The notes under the pieces: generated by a model
Seen by the model: only the letters and a program-made list of their open reading frames with translations
The model's database searches: none
What the model was told of the DNA's origin: nothing
Source: Vairimorpha necatrix
Lineage: Eukaryota
NCBI GenBank assembly: GCA_036630325.1
Contig: CP142731.1
Coordinates: 992,001 to 1,056,000 of the forward strand
Direction of reading: 5' to 3'
Length of the DNA: 64,000 nucleotides
Position numbers and translations under genes: made by a program
Shown: positions 12,319 through 22,335 of the stretch, piece by piece
Position numbering within the stretch: position 1 is the first letter of the stretch
Layout: the number at the start of each line of letters is the position of its first letter

Positions 12319-15300
12319 ATGACAAAAACAAAAATTTTAGAAGCTGAAAAGAGCGAAATGACAAAAACAAAAATTTTAGAAGCTGAAAAGAGCGAAATTT
12401 TAAAACCTGAAAAGAGCGAAATGCCAAAAACTGAAAAGAGCGAAATTTTAGAAGCTGAAAAGAGCAAAATGTCAAAAACTGAAAAGGGCGAAAATCCTGA
12501 GATAATTAAAAATGAGGAATCCAGTGAAAAAACTAACTATGAGATTAATGAAAAGTCAAATCCCGAAGATAAAGACAAATTAAAAGAAGAAATGAAAAAT
12601 GTTAAATCTAGTGGAATGAATATGAGCACTTTAATGAGTGATATTATTGATTTTTACAGTGATAGTGAAATGAAATCAAAGAGCAAAATAAAAGAAGAGT
12701 CAAAGTCAAATGAAGATTTAAATGAAAAACCTGGGACAGAAATTCATAAAAGCGAATTAACAACCTTACTAAGCGAAAAATCAGAAAGCAAAATTACCGA
12801 AGAGCGAAAACCAAAATTGAACAAAGATGTAGAATCAAAATTGAATGAAAAATCAAAGGGCGACGTAAGTCAAAAACATGAAGAAAACGAAAACAAAGAA
12901 ATTTCGACAACTTCAGAGAGCGAAAAATCTAAGCCTGAAAAATCTAAGTATGAATTAAAAGAAAGGTCAAAAGAAGATATAAATGAAGAAAAAATTGAAA
13001 CAACAGAAGAGAAATCAAAAAGTATGACAACTCAATTTCACGACGACAACGAAAACAAAGGCCAGTCGACAACTCTCACGAGCGAAAAATCTAAGCCTGA
13101 AATTTCAGACGAACAAAAGTCGGAAATTATCGAAAAGTCAGAGACCGAAACAAGTCTAAAATCTAAAGAAAACGATCTTGCATCAGAAATAAAAGAACAA
13201 TCAAAAGAAGAAATGAGCACAAAAGAAAATTATGAGAAACAAATAACAGACATGTTAAGTGAAATATCGAAAGAAGAACCTGAAATTCATGAAAAGATTG
13301 AGACTAGTAGAATAAGCCAAAAATCTGAAGCTTCCAAAATACAAGGAAATTCGTCAACTTTAAAGAGCCTAAAAATAATCCCCGAAGAGTCAAAGCAAGA
13401 AATCGACTCAAAAATAAATGAAAATTTAAGTAGCGAAATAAGCCAAAAATCTGAAACTAGTAAAATTGAAGAAAAATCAAAAAGCGAAGAACTCAAGACA
13501 AAAGGCGATAAGCCAGAGGAAGAAATAAAAGACGAACAACATTCTGAAAAGAACACATTAAAAAGCGAAATAAGCCAAAAATCTGACGGCCTTGAAATAA
13601 AAGAAAAATCATCATTTTTGACGAGCAGAATGTCAAAGACGAAAGAATCTGAATCAGAGAGCAAAGAGCCAGTGACAGAATCAAAGGAAGAAATAAAAGA
13701 AGAACAACATTCTGAAAAAAGCTTAAAATCTGAAGGTAGCAAAATCAAAGAAAATTCACCAAATTTAAAGAGCGAAGAATTTAAAACGAAATCAGAAGAG
13801 TTAAAAAGTGAAAGCACAGAAGAACAACATTCTGAAATTCATAGAAAAACAGAGATTGGTTCAATAAGTCAAAAATCCAAAGATCTCGAAGATAAACAAG
13901 AATCTGAAAGGTCCAAGGGCGAAGAACAAAGGAAAAAATCAAGTGAAAGCACAGAAGAACAACATTCTGAAAAGACAGAGATTAGTAAAAATCCAAAGAG
14001 TGAAATCCAAGATCATCTCCAATCAGAACTAATTGAAAGCGAAAAACAAGAGAGCAAACCAGAATTAAATGGTACTGAAAAGTCAAAGAGTGAAAATAAA
14101 GAAGAAAACATTTCTCAAATTTCAAATGAGAGTAAAATGTCAGAAGAATTTAAGACCGAAATAAAAAACGAATCTAAGCGCGAAATTAAAGTAGATGTAT
14201 TTTCTAAGAGTGAAATAAGTCACAAGGAAATAAAAGACGAACTAATTTCAAATTCGTCCAGTGAAGAATCAAGCACATATCAAAAGAGTGAAACATCCGA
14301 GCAAGAAGCAGAAATAAACTTAGAATCAAAATCAAGTAAAACTTTCAAAAGCGAGGCAAGTCTAAAAAACATGGAAAACCATAAAAGAGAAGCAAGTCTA
14401 AAAAACATGGAAAACCATAAAAGAGAAGCGAGTCTAAAAAACATGGAAACCCATAAAAGAGAAGCGAGTCTAAAAAACATGGACAGTGAAACCTCCAAAA
14501 GAGAAGCAAGTCTAAAAAACATGGAAACCCATAAAAGAGAAGCGAGTCTAAAAAACATGGACAGTGAAACCTCCAAAAGAGAAGCAAGTCTAAAAAACAT
14601 GGAAACCCATAAAACCGAAGCGAGTCTAAAAAACATGGAAACCCATAAAAGCGAAGCAAGTCTAAATCTCCCTGACAATAAATCCCAGGCAGATTTTTTA
14701 AATAGTTCGTCAAATATTTCTGAACAGAGATCAGAAATATTTGACGAATTTAAGGGCTCAATGAATGACCAGTCAAATTCGGAGTCTAAAGACGAGTCTA
14801 AGAAGTTTAATGTTAGTAAAATCAAAGAAGTTTTATATTCAGAAATTCTCAGTGAAAATAACTCAGGAGATACTAAATCTTCATTAGTCTCAGGAGATAA
14901 TAAATCAACATTAGTCTCAGGAGATAATAAATCTGAAGAAAGTTTCTATAAAAATCTAATCCAGAAAGATCTCGATCTTCTCCCTGAAAACATAAACAAA
15001 GAAGAAGAAAAGACACAAGAAGATAAGAGTAAAGAAGATTACAAGAATCTACATGTAACAGAAAAGAGTCAAGAAGAAAAGAGTAAAGAAGACACCCTAA
15101 AATATTCTGATCTCATATTTGAAGAGTCCTCTGAGGGAGGATACAATGACATCGCCCGCGTATTAAATGAGCCTTCTCCTCAAGGAATCAGCCTTGAGCA
15201 CTCCACTAAATTCCAAGAAGACAGTGAATTGAAAAGTCCCATAGAAGAAAATATGATGAAAAGTCCCATAGAAGAAAATATAATAAAAAGTCATGTAGAA

Positions 15301-15504
15301 GAAAATATGATGAAAAGTCATGTAGAAGAAAATATGATGAAAAGTCATGTAGAAGAAGACACTGAGGCAAGTGGATGGAAGACGGCATTTGACAATATGA
15401 CTGAACTTAATGAATATGAAGAAGATAGTAAAAAGAAGACTTTTATAAGCATCTTAAAAGAAGATGACACAGATTTCGATCTGGAGGACATGAGGAAAAT
15501 ATAA
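12319..15504 (+). CDS. C-terminal portion of the GRASP gene: E/K/S-rich low-complexity protein with tandem repeats
   Basis: 1061-aa ORF with the same composition as the 8572 tail; frame is open back to 12276 and joins 8572..11402 in frame when the insertion and one TSD are removed. Confidence 0.8.
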   Translation: MTKTKILEAEKSEMTKTKILEAEKSEILKPEKSEMPKTEKSEILEAEKSKMSKTEKGENPEIIKNEESSEKTNYEINEKSNPEDKDKLKEEMKNVKSSGMNMSTLMSDIIDFYSDSEMKSKSKIKEESKSNEDLNEKPGTEIHKSELTTLLSEKSESKITEERKPKLNKDVESKLNEKSKGDVSQKHEENENKEISTTSESEKSKPEKSKYELKERSKEDINEEKIETTEEKSKSMTTQFHDDNENKGQSTTLTSEKSKPEISDEQKSEIIEKSETETSLKSKENDLASEIKEQSKEEMSTKENYEKQITDMLSEISKEEPEIHEKIETSRISQKSEASKIQGNSSTLKSLKIIPEESKQEIDSKINENLSSEISQKSETSKIEEKSKSEELKTKGDKPEEEIKDEQHSEKNTLKSEISQKSDGLEIKEKSSFLTSRMSKTKESESESKEPVTESKEEIKEEQHSEKSLKSEGSKIKENSPNLKSEEFKTKSEELKSESTEEQHSEIHRKTEIGSISQKSKDLEDKQESERSKGEEQRKKSSESTEEQHSEKTEISKNPKSEIQDHLQSELIESEKQESKPELNGTEKSKSENKEENISQISNESKMSEEFKTEIKNESKREIKVDVFSKSEISHKEIKDELISNSSSEESSTYQKSETSEQEAEINLESKSSKTFKSEASLKNMENHKREASLKNMENHKREASLKNMETHKREASLKNMDSETSKREASLKNMETHKREASLKNMDSETSKREASLKNMETHKTEASLKNMETHKSEASLNLPDNKSQADFLNSSSNISEQRSEIFDEFKGSMNDQSNSESKDESKKFNVSKIKEVLYSEILSENNSGDTKSSLVSGDNKSTLVSGDNKSEESFYKNLIQKDLDLLPENINKEEEKTQEDKSKEDYKNLHVTEKSQEEKSKEDTLKYSDLIFEESSEGGYNDIARVLNEPSPQGISLEHSTKFQEDSELKSPIEENMMKSPIEENIIKSHVEENMMKSHVEENMMKSHVEEDTEASGWKTAFDNMTELNEYEEDSKKKTFISILKEDDTDFDLEDMRKI
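14352..14666 (+). repeat. Coding minisatellite of 36/42-bp units (REASLKNMETHK / REASLKNMDSETSK), about 8 copies
   Basis: Direct repeats gaagc(a/g)agtctaaaaaacatgga. Confidence 0.9.
15232..15358 (+). repeat. Coding minisatellite of 27-bp units (KS(P/H)(I/V)EENMM), about 5 copies
   Basis: aaaagtc..tagaagaaaatatgatg repeats. Confidence 0.9.
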
Positions 15505-15539
15505 AATAAATTTATGCTTTATTTTCTTACCCCTTTTTT

Positions 15540-15767
15540 ATGCTGCATAATTCCAGTGAATTTGACTGCTCTTATCTCAAGATAAGCCCCAAAATAACCA
15601 CAAATAAGGATAAAAAGATCAAGAAAGATCTAAAAGACAAGAATGTGAAACAGTCTCTCTCTGTAGAAGAAAGGAATAAAGTGTATGAGATAAGTAACAG
15701 AGATTTACTAGGGAGTAAATGTGAGAAAGTAGACTTAAAAGAATATTATCTAGGGAAATATATTTAA
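15540..15767 (+). CDS. Small basic hypothetical protein
   Basis: 75-aa ORF preceded by a CCC motif (ccctttttt before ATG). Confidence 0.5.
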   Translation: MLHNSSEFDCSYLKISPKITTNKDKKIKKDLKDKNVKQSLSVEERNKVYEISNRDLLGSKCEKVDLKEYYLGKYI

Positions 15768-15866
15768 ACTACATTTGTATAGTAATTTAAATTTCATTTG
15801 TTCTAATATAATTTAAATTATATAATAAATCTATTTCTCAATAAATCTTTTATAATTGTTTATTTG

Positions 15867-16367
15867 TTATATTTGACTCCCCCCACTAAAAAATATTAGT
15901 ACTATACTGATCACCATAAATACTAGTAATAAGATCCCCACATTATCAAATATTCCTTCTTCTTTCCTCCCTTCTTCTTTCTTCTTCTCTTCTTTCTTAT
16001 GTTCTTCTTTCTTCTTCCCAGACATCTTCTTCTTATAGTCCTTCTCTACAACTTTATACCCTCCCTTCGTGTACTCAAAGGGCTGACAAAACGAGTAAAA
16101 CTCTTTAGTCCGCAGGCGGAAAGTGTAAAACAACTTAAAACTCCCAGTCTTAGGCAACTCTACTGACACAGCAGACACACTGTCTTCATACAAGTACATG
16201 TCTCTCCATCCTTCTTGATTATCTAAATCTTTATTGTAACATAAGGCTAATTCATATTTCCCGGGATAATTAATTAATAAATTTACATAAGGAATATTAT
16301 CAATATAACTAATATCAACTAACTCTAAAGGATAAGAATAAGAAACAGAGAAAAAGAACAGTATCAT
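15867..16367 (-). CDS. Small type I membrane protein (signal peptide plus C-terminal TM)
   Basis: Start moved to ATG 16367 (ccccaATG on the minus strand); MILFFFSVSYS signal; TM VGILLLVFMVISIVLIFF. Confidence 0.75.
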   Translation of the reverse strand: MILFFFSVSYSYPLELVDISYIDNIPYVNLLINYPGKYELALCYNKDLDNQEGWRDMYLYEDSVSAVSVELPKTGSFKLFYTFRLRTKEFYSFCQPFEYTKGGYKVVEKDYKKKMSGKKKEEHKKEEKKKEEGRKEEGIFDNVGILLLVFMVISIVLIFFSGGSQI

Positions 16368-16770
16368 TGGGGATAAGAAGGAGAAAAAAAATATAGAAAG
16401 ATATATCAAAAAAAACAAAAAAAAAAAAGATATAGTACTCAAAAGGGAGTAAGAATTTGTTTGTTTAATATCAGGCATGTAAACAAAATATAATAACCTC
16501 TAAAAAGAAAAATGTATAAAAAGAAAAATATATGTATTAGATATATTTTAGATATATTTGAAAATATATATTTATAATATTATTAAAAATATAGTAAACT
16601 TTATTTCTAATATAACCAGATAAAAAACTATATTAAATTGTTACCGGCTGTGTTGCACACGCCAATAATCAGACTAAAACTTAAAGATGAAACAGTTGAT
16701 AATGATCTGAAACCATCTAGGTTTCAGATCCGAAACTAAAACTATTTAAGAAATCTTAAATAGACTAAAT

Positions 16771-18177
16771 ATGCCAAATAAATATAGTTCTTCTTCTAAT
16801 AAAAAGCCTTCTTCAATAACCAGCTCTCCTTCTGGTAACACTGGCGACAACTATTCGAAATCCAACGAATTGGGCCACCTACTAGAAAAATTAGGGATAT
16901 CTACTAACACAATGGTGAAATTCAACGGTACCCAAGGCGAGAACGCATGGGTCTGGATTAATCAATTTAAATACCTCGAGGGAGAATGGAATGATATAAA
17001 ACTGCTCAACTACATTAAGAGATACTTAGGGGAATCAGCTCTCCTATGGTATGAGGCTGTAATTGAAGACGAGGTGGAAGGATATATGGAATTCAAACAG
17101 AAATTTCTAACAAAATATGGGAAAGAAGAATTCCGGGAGGGAATTAATCCCATTAAAATGCTTTATAAGAGACTATACTCTGGACCTGTAAATATGAAAA
17201 TTGAAAACTTTATATACGAACTAATGAAGCTTAACAAGAAAGCAGGAGTTAGCGTGTCTGAAATTACGGAGGAGTTGGCTAGATATTTCCCACCGTCACT
17301 TAAAGAAAAGGTGGAAGAGGCAACGTCATGGGACGTTGTACTAAAGATTTATGAGAGAAATCATAAATTTATTGAGAGTTCAAGGCAGAGACCTGAACAG
17401 AATAGGCCAAGGGAAGCAAGGACTTCAAGGCCATATACTACAAGGACAAGAGAGAGTCCAAGAAAGTTAGTATGTTATAAGTGTGGGGGCGAACACTTAT
17501 TTAAAGACTGCGAGAAACACGAAGGGAAAAAGGTGTTTTTAATCGAGGCAGATCCAGTGTCAAAAGACACGAACGATACTACGATCTCAGGGTCCATCGA
17601 CCGCGACGTAGTAAGAACGCGTTTGGACTCGGGGGAGTCCAACCCATTTATCGAAAGCAATTTTGTTGGCAGAAAGAAACTAAGAAAGGTAAAAGAAGTA
17701 CATTTTAATCAAACTATTCCACAGAGTATAGATATAACAATGTCTATACAAGAAGATGGGCGGATTAAAAAGTGGGCAAGTGCAGAAACAGCTCAGACGT
17801 CGCTTCTGTATGGAAGTTTGAGGTTTTCCGAGACGAGTACTTCGATTAACAAGCAATTCGATGGCCAGCAAAATAACTTTCTCGAGAATGATAGAAAAAA
17901 TCTAAACATTGAACGAGCAAATAAAAGCGTGGAGAGTGACGAATATACGAGCACCAAGGACGCACATAGTTCGATCGAAAAGGAAAGAGACGATGGTGTG
18001 CGCCTATACAATGAACTCACAAAAGTAAAGGAAACACGGACTAAAGAAGTAGGTCAATCCCCCGTGATTAAAGAATGTTCTACATACTTAAGTGTAGCGA
18101 AATTGAACCATCAACTCGACCCGGGAAAACGATACTATCTAACTCTTCTGGAAAAGAAATTTACGAGCACGAAGTGA
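16771..18177 (+). CDS. Retrotransposon Gag (capsid-like region plus CCHC knuckle) followed by a DSG protease-like segment
   Basis: KFNG...WINQF...YLGESALLWY...FKQKFLTKY is Ty3/Gypsy capsid-like; CYKCGGEHLFKDC; RLDSGESNPFI resembles retropepsin LDSGAxxNFI. Confidence 0.8.
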   Translation: MPNKYSSSSNKKPSSITSSPSGNTGDNYSKSNELGHLLEKLGISTNTMVKFNGTQGENAWVWINQFKYLEGEWNDIKLLNYIKRYLGESALLWYEAVIEDEVEGYMEFKQKFLTKYGKEEFREGINPIKMLYKRLYSGPVNMKIENFIYELMKLNKKAGVSVSEITEELARYFPPSLKEKVEEATSWDVVLKIYERNHKFIESSRQRPEQNRPREARTSRPYTTRTRESPRKLVCYKCGGEHLFKDCEKHEGKKVFLIEADPVSKDTNDTTISGSIDRDVVRTRLDSGESNPFIESNFVGRKKLRKVKEVHFNQTIPQSIDITMSIQEDGRIKKWASAETAQTSLLYGSLRFSETSTSINKQFDGQQNNFLENDRKNLNIERANKSVESDEYTSTKDAHSSIEKERDDGVRLYNELTKVKETRTKEVGQSPVIKECSTYLSVAKLNHQLDPGKRYYLTLLEKKFTSTK

Positions 18178-18824
18178 AGAAACAAACATTTTTATGTGTG
18201 AATAAAAGCGTGGTGAGCGAGGAAGTAGCGATCGTGCAGATCGTGCTTATCGAAATAATATCTAAAATAGATGAAGGTATGAGGCCAATACTGACCTGGA
18301 AGTTACTATTTATGGTTCTGCACTGTGAGTTGAATAACATTAGAATAAAACTCAAAAGAATAATATTTAATATATTTAAGAAGCCGCGTAATAAGTTCAT
18401 AATGTCTTACTATACATTATATAGAAATGAAAGATTGGATAATCAGAGCAGGAACATGCTCAGTAAAGATTCTATGAAAAACGAACACATAAAACCAAGT
18501 TGTCCTCTTGCTAATATGCATAAAATGGAAATCTTAGTCGCAACTGAATATAGGAACATGAAGAGACCTTTCAATAAAAAGAACATAGGATCATTCATTA
18601 ATATAAAAAGAACATCTAGAAGAACCTTTGAAACCCTAAGTCTTGTGAATGAAAAGTTCTACGATAAATTGGTGAACGTTGCATCTTCCCAGGAAGTGAA
18701 GCCTTGTTCTAAGGAGGGGAGAGTGTTACCGGCTGTGTTGCACACGCCAATAATCAGACTAAAACTTAAAGATGAAACAGTTGATAATGATCTGAAACCA
18801 TCTAGGTTTCAGATCCGAAACTAA
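18075..18824 (+). other. Second overlapping ORF inside the LTR element (unknown; possibly degenerate pol remnant) that reads into the 3' LTR
   Basis: 249-aa ORF with no recognisable RT or integrase motifs. Confidence 0.3.
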
Positions 18825-19259
18825 AACTATTTAAGAAATCTTAAATAGACTAAATATGCCAAATAAATATAGTTCTTCTTCTAATAAAAAGCCTTCTTCA
18901 ATAACCAGCTCTCCTTCTGGTAACATAAATAATGTATAAATAAGAAAAATATATATTAGATATATTTGAAAATAGAAAACTTTATTTCCAATATAACCTT
19001 ATTATATATAATATAATATTATATAAGATTCATATTTACATATTGGAGAGGTAAATTTAAAGTAAACTTTATTTCTAATATAACCTAATTTAATATATTA
19101 AAAACATAGTCTAGAACTATATTAAAAACATAGTCTAAAATATATTAAAAACATAGCCTAGAACTATATTAAATTCTAAATTAGATTTATATGGGAGATT
19201 TACGATTTTGTTTACTACAAACAATACCAAACAAACAAAATCACAATAAACTCCCCTAA

Positions 19260-19799
19260 ATGCTTATATTACTAATAATCTCTATAATCAAAGGAACAGT
19301 AACTGGTTTTATCAGAGAAAAGAAAAAACAATTTCTAGAAATAAAAACTACCCAAAAATTCACTAATATAAAAAAATCATTTTTATTTGAGTCTTTTAAA
19401 AATCAACAAGTAATGATAAAAGATATGAAAAACAATACTAGATTTATACAAAACGAAGATGAATATAAAGAATTTAAAAATAAAAAAGAAGAAAAAAATA
19501 AAAAAAATTTAGACTCTGACTCTGAAGATGAAATACAAGTATTTGATGAATTATTCGTTGATTTATCTGTTGTACCAAAAGTTAAAGGAAAACTTTATGG
19601 TATGAAAATTGATTGTACAAAAAAAAATGGTAAAGTTTTTACTGTGTGGAGTAGAACTTTCTCATATTCTTATAAACAAAAAGAATGGGTTATGGATAAA
19701 GTAGATGAAGATGATGAGGATAGTGTGTATTGGACTTATGGAGGGATAGCTGTGGCAGTGATGTGTTTAGTGTTTTTGGGAGCATATTTCATGTCATAA
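19260..19799 (+). CDS. Small type I membrane protein (signal peptide plus C-terminal TM)
   Basis: ccctaaATG; MLILLIISIIKG; TM GGIAVAVMCLVFLGAYFM. Confidence 0.8.
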   Translation: MLILLIISIIKGTVTGFIREKKKQFLEIKTTQKFTNIKKSFLFESFKNQQVMIKDMKNNTRFIQNEDEYKEFKNKKEEKNKKNLDSDSEDEIQVFDELFVDLSVVPKVKGKLYGMKIDCTKKNGKVFTVWSRTFSYSYKQKEWVMDKVDEDDEDSVYWTYGGIAVAVMCLVFLGAYFMS

Positions 19800-20129
19800 A
19801 AAAAAAATAAAAATTTTTTGTATATAGAAAATATGGTATGAAATATTGTGGTATTTTATCAAGACAAGATTTTAAATTTTTGTTTACTACTCAAGATAGC
19901 CTTTAAAACAAAAAAAAATTTATAAATTTGTGAGTCAACTTAGATTTTTATATATTTATTAATAGTACTTTATTATAAGTATACAAAATTATAATAAACC
20001 TATATTGTATTACAGTATTTATATTAATATTTTTTAAATATAAACTAACTTATTACATTTTAATGTTGTTTGACTTCAAGTATATCCATTAAAAACAAAC
20101 CGTTAATTTTTTAATTATTTTTTTCACCC

Positions 20130-20621
20130 ATGGATAATTACAAACCACTAAACATCATTTTCTCTAATACAAACATATCTGATTTATCCAAACTTCACAT
20201 CTCTCTTTTAGTATTACAACAGAGTACTCTAAACATAACCAACAAACTAAAAATCTTCATTAAAACTCAAAAAAATGTTTTAATCCAAATACACCATCAA
20301 CTAGAGATCCCACTTTCTTTAAACGACTTCACTAGTATGATGACTTATTTACTGGAAAAAATGAAAATTAAAGACGACAAGGGAACAGTGTTGATGTCAG
20401 TTATAAAAAACAGGATAGGGGAATATTTGCCGCCTAACACTTACAAAATGAGACTAGATGTTGCGGGGAAGATGGTTAGTAAAGATGAAGGAAAAACATA
20501 TGCTATATTTATAAATGAAAATGATGGTGAAGAAGATATGGAGACAGTGAGAGTTAGTGACTATAAAATGGATAGTATAGGAATAAGTAACCAGATTACA
20601 AATATATTTAGTGACTTATAA
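20130..20621 (+). CDS. Hypothetical protein
   Basis: 163-aa ORF; cacccATG; aataaa after the stop. Confidence 0.7.
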   Translation: MDNYKPLNIIFSNTNISDLSKLHISLLVLQQSTLNITNKLKIFIKTQKNVLIQIHHQLEIPLSLNDFTSMMTYLLEKMKIKDDKGTVLMSVIKNRIGEYLPPNTYKMRLDVAGKMVSKDEGKTYAIFINENDGEEDMETVRVSDYKMDSIGISNQITNIFSDL

Positions 20622-20949
20622 AAAATAAATTACAGGGGTTTCCAGATTGATTTATAACAAGTATATGAACGTGTTTGACATGGTTAATATTTGTACAAAA
20701 ATAATTTGAATTTTGTATAAAATATGATTTTAAATATATGTCACAGTGTAGTAATGGTTTTTATTAGGTATATATCTTGTTGTGTAAGAATGCATATTCT
20801 CTCAGTCTATGTGGATTTTTTATTTACATGCTCTCTTTATAGATATATTTTTTAGAGCAATAAGCAAGAAAACTTCCTTTATGGAACTTACCTACGTCGT
20901 CATACAATGAGATCATTAAAGGCTAATCTCGATACATTAAATTTGCTTT

Positions 20950-21741
20950 AAGGTGCCCTTAGCACAAGGGAGAATGCAATGCTTCCATTGAGCAATGGCT
21001 AAATTCGATTTCCAAGGGCACCAAAATTGTTTATATTTTCTATGATGCAGTTGGAACAACTTAGATGATGAAAATGTCCGCGATAATCATATAGTTGATT
21101 TAATGAAACTTGTTGTGTGTCCAGCCACAGGGGAATTAGCACTAGTGTAGAAACACACCTCAAAGCCAAAAAACAGTATCACCCTTGTGGTGACTTAATG
21201 ATACATAAAAGTATCTAATGGATACGGCCTAGTTGGAACCCATGGCTGGTGCACTCTAGAGTGGGATCCTGGAGCTAACTAAGAGACTAGACGAAGTAGG
21301 GCAATAGAAGGTCTCGTGGGCTTTATCCTACATGATTCTGTAACACGGTGGCCGAAACTAGTAGGAAAATGGTGGTCACCGCAGCCCAATAAAAAAACGC
21401 CGGGCTGGGGATGTGGTCGTGTAAGGAGCCGTGTGTGCAATACGGATGATTGTAGAGACCTTTGAGTCAGTACGATGATGTATCTCCTCGTGTTATAGAT
21501 AACCATACCCGTTAAGTTATCCGCTGTGGGGTCACTCTGGACGCGATTTGAGGTATAAATGGAAAGTGTTCTCCCGGAGCCAAAGTCCAATGGATACGGC
21601 GGAGCTTGCTGCACCGGCAAGTGTATGGGGGGAGTTTTAGTGAGTAAGAATCTCACAGTACCAGTTAGACGAGGATCACACCCAAATCCCTCTGGTCCCT
21701 ATGTAAGGTTTCTCCCTACCTCTTACTTGCAAGAAAAAAAA
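20950..21741 (+). mobile_element. tRNA-headed SINE-like retroposon, copy 1
   Basis: tRNA-like head GGTGCCC...GGGCACCA (20952-21023); body homologous to 43714-44513; A-rich tail; 14-bp TSD attaaatttgcttt (20936-20949 and 21742-21755). Confidence 0.88.
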
Positions 21742-22335
21742 ATTAAATTTGCTTTGTATGCAATCAATATTAAATAAAATCTGGCCCATTAAAATATCAT
21801 AAGAACCTTATATATCGCGCCAAATAAGTTATACAGAGATATAAATAACGAGCATGTTTAAATATAGTTAGGCTCTATTAAATATATAATGTCTACAGCA
21901 AAGTGCACATATTAACTTAATTTAATAAGCTGCACAGACCAGTTGTCTTTCACGAATTTCGGCCAATATGCGGCAGAAATCTACCAATGGAATCCAAGAG
22001 GTCTTATTGATTTGTTTAGCTTATCAGCTTGTGCTGGCAATTACATCTACACACACCAACTAATAGCCCTTGTGACCTGCATGTCTAATATACATCGAAT
22101 TGGAACTGAACATATATTATTTATGATCTTAAAAACATTCCTACTGAGTATACTCTTTTGTGACTAAACTATATACAAGTTTTAAAAATCAACTTATCGA
22201 TTAAATTCCTAATTATATATTTTGAGATGGTTATGCATTATATAAATACAAACAAGCCTAGTCATAAGGATTATGATTGAATATAAAATGTATTAAACCA
22301 ACGCATTTTCTTAAACTACAAGCACTAAGATAATA

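Larger units (their letters stand above)
16639..18925 (+). mobile_element. Non-autonomous LTR retrotransposon encoding Gag and a protease-like motif, without RT/RNase H/integrase
   Basis: 202-bp LTRs 16639-16840 and 18724-18925, identical by eye, TG..CA ends; 5-bp TSD TAAAT; PBS TGGCGACAAC after the 5' LTR; PPT aaggaggggagag before the 3' LTR. Confidence 0.95.

Noticed and set aside
14352-14666. CRISPR-like repeat array
   Set aside because: In-frame coding minisatellite with no unique spacers, in a eukaryotic context
9028-15388. Many antisense S/F/L-rich ORFs
   Set aside because: Shadows of the low-complexity E/K/S-rich plus-strand coding sequence
21279-21777. ORFs within the SINE copies (also 43699-44568)
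   Set aside because: Frames are not preserved between the two copies; short by-products of higher GC content
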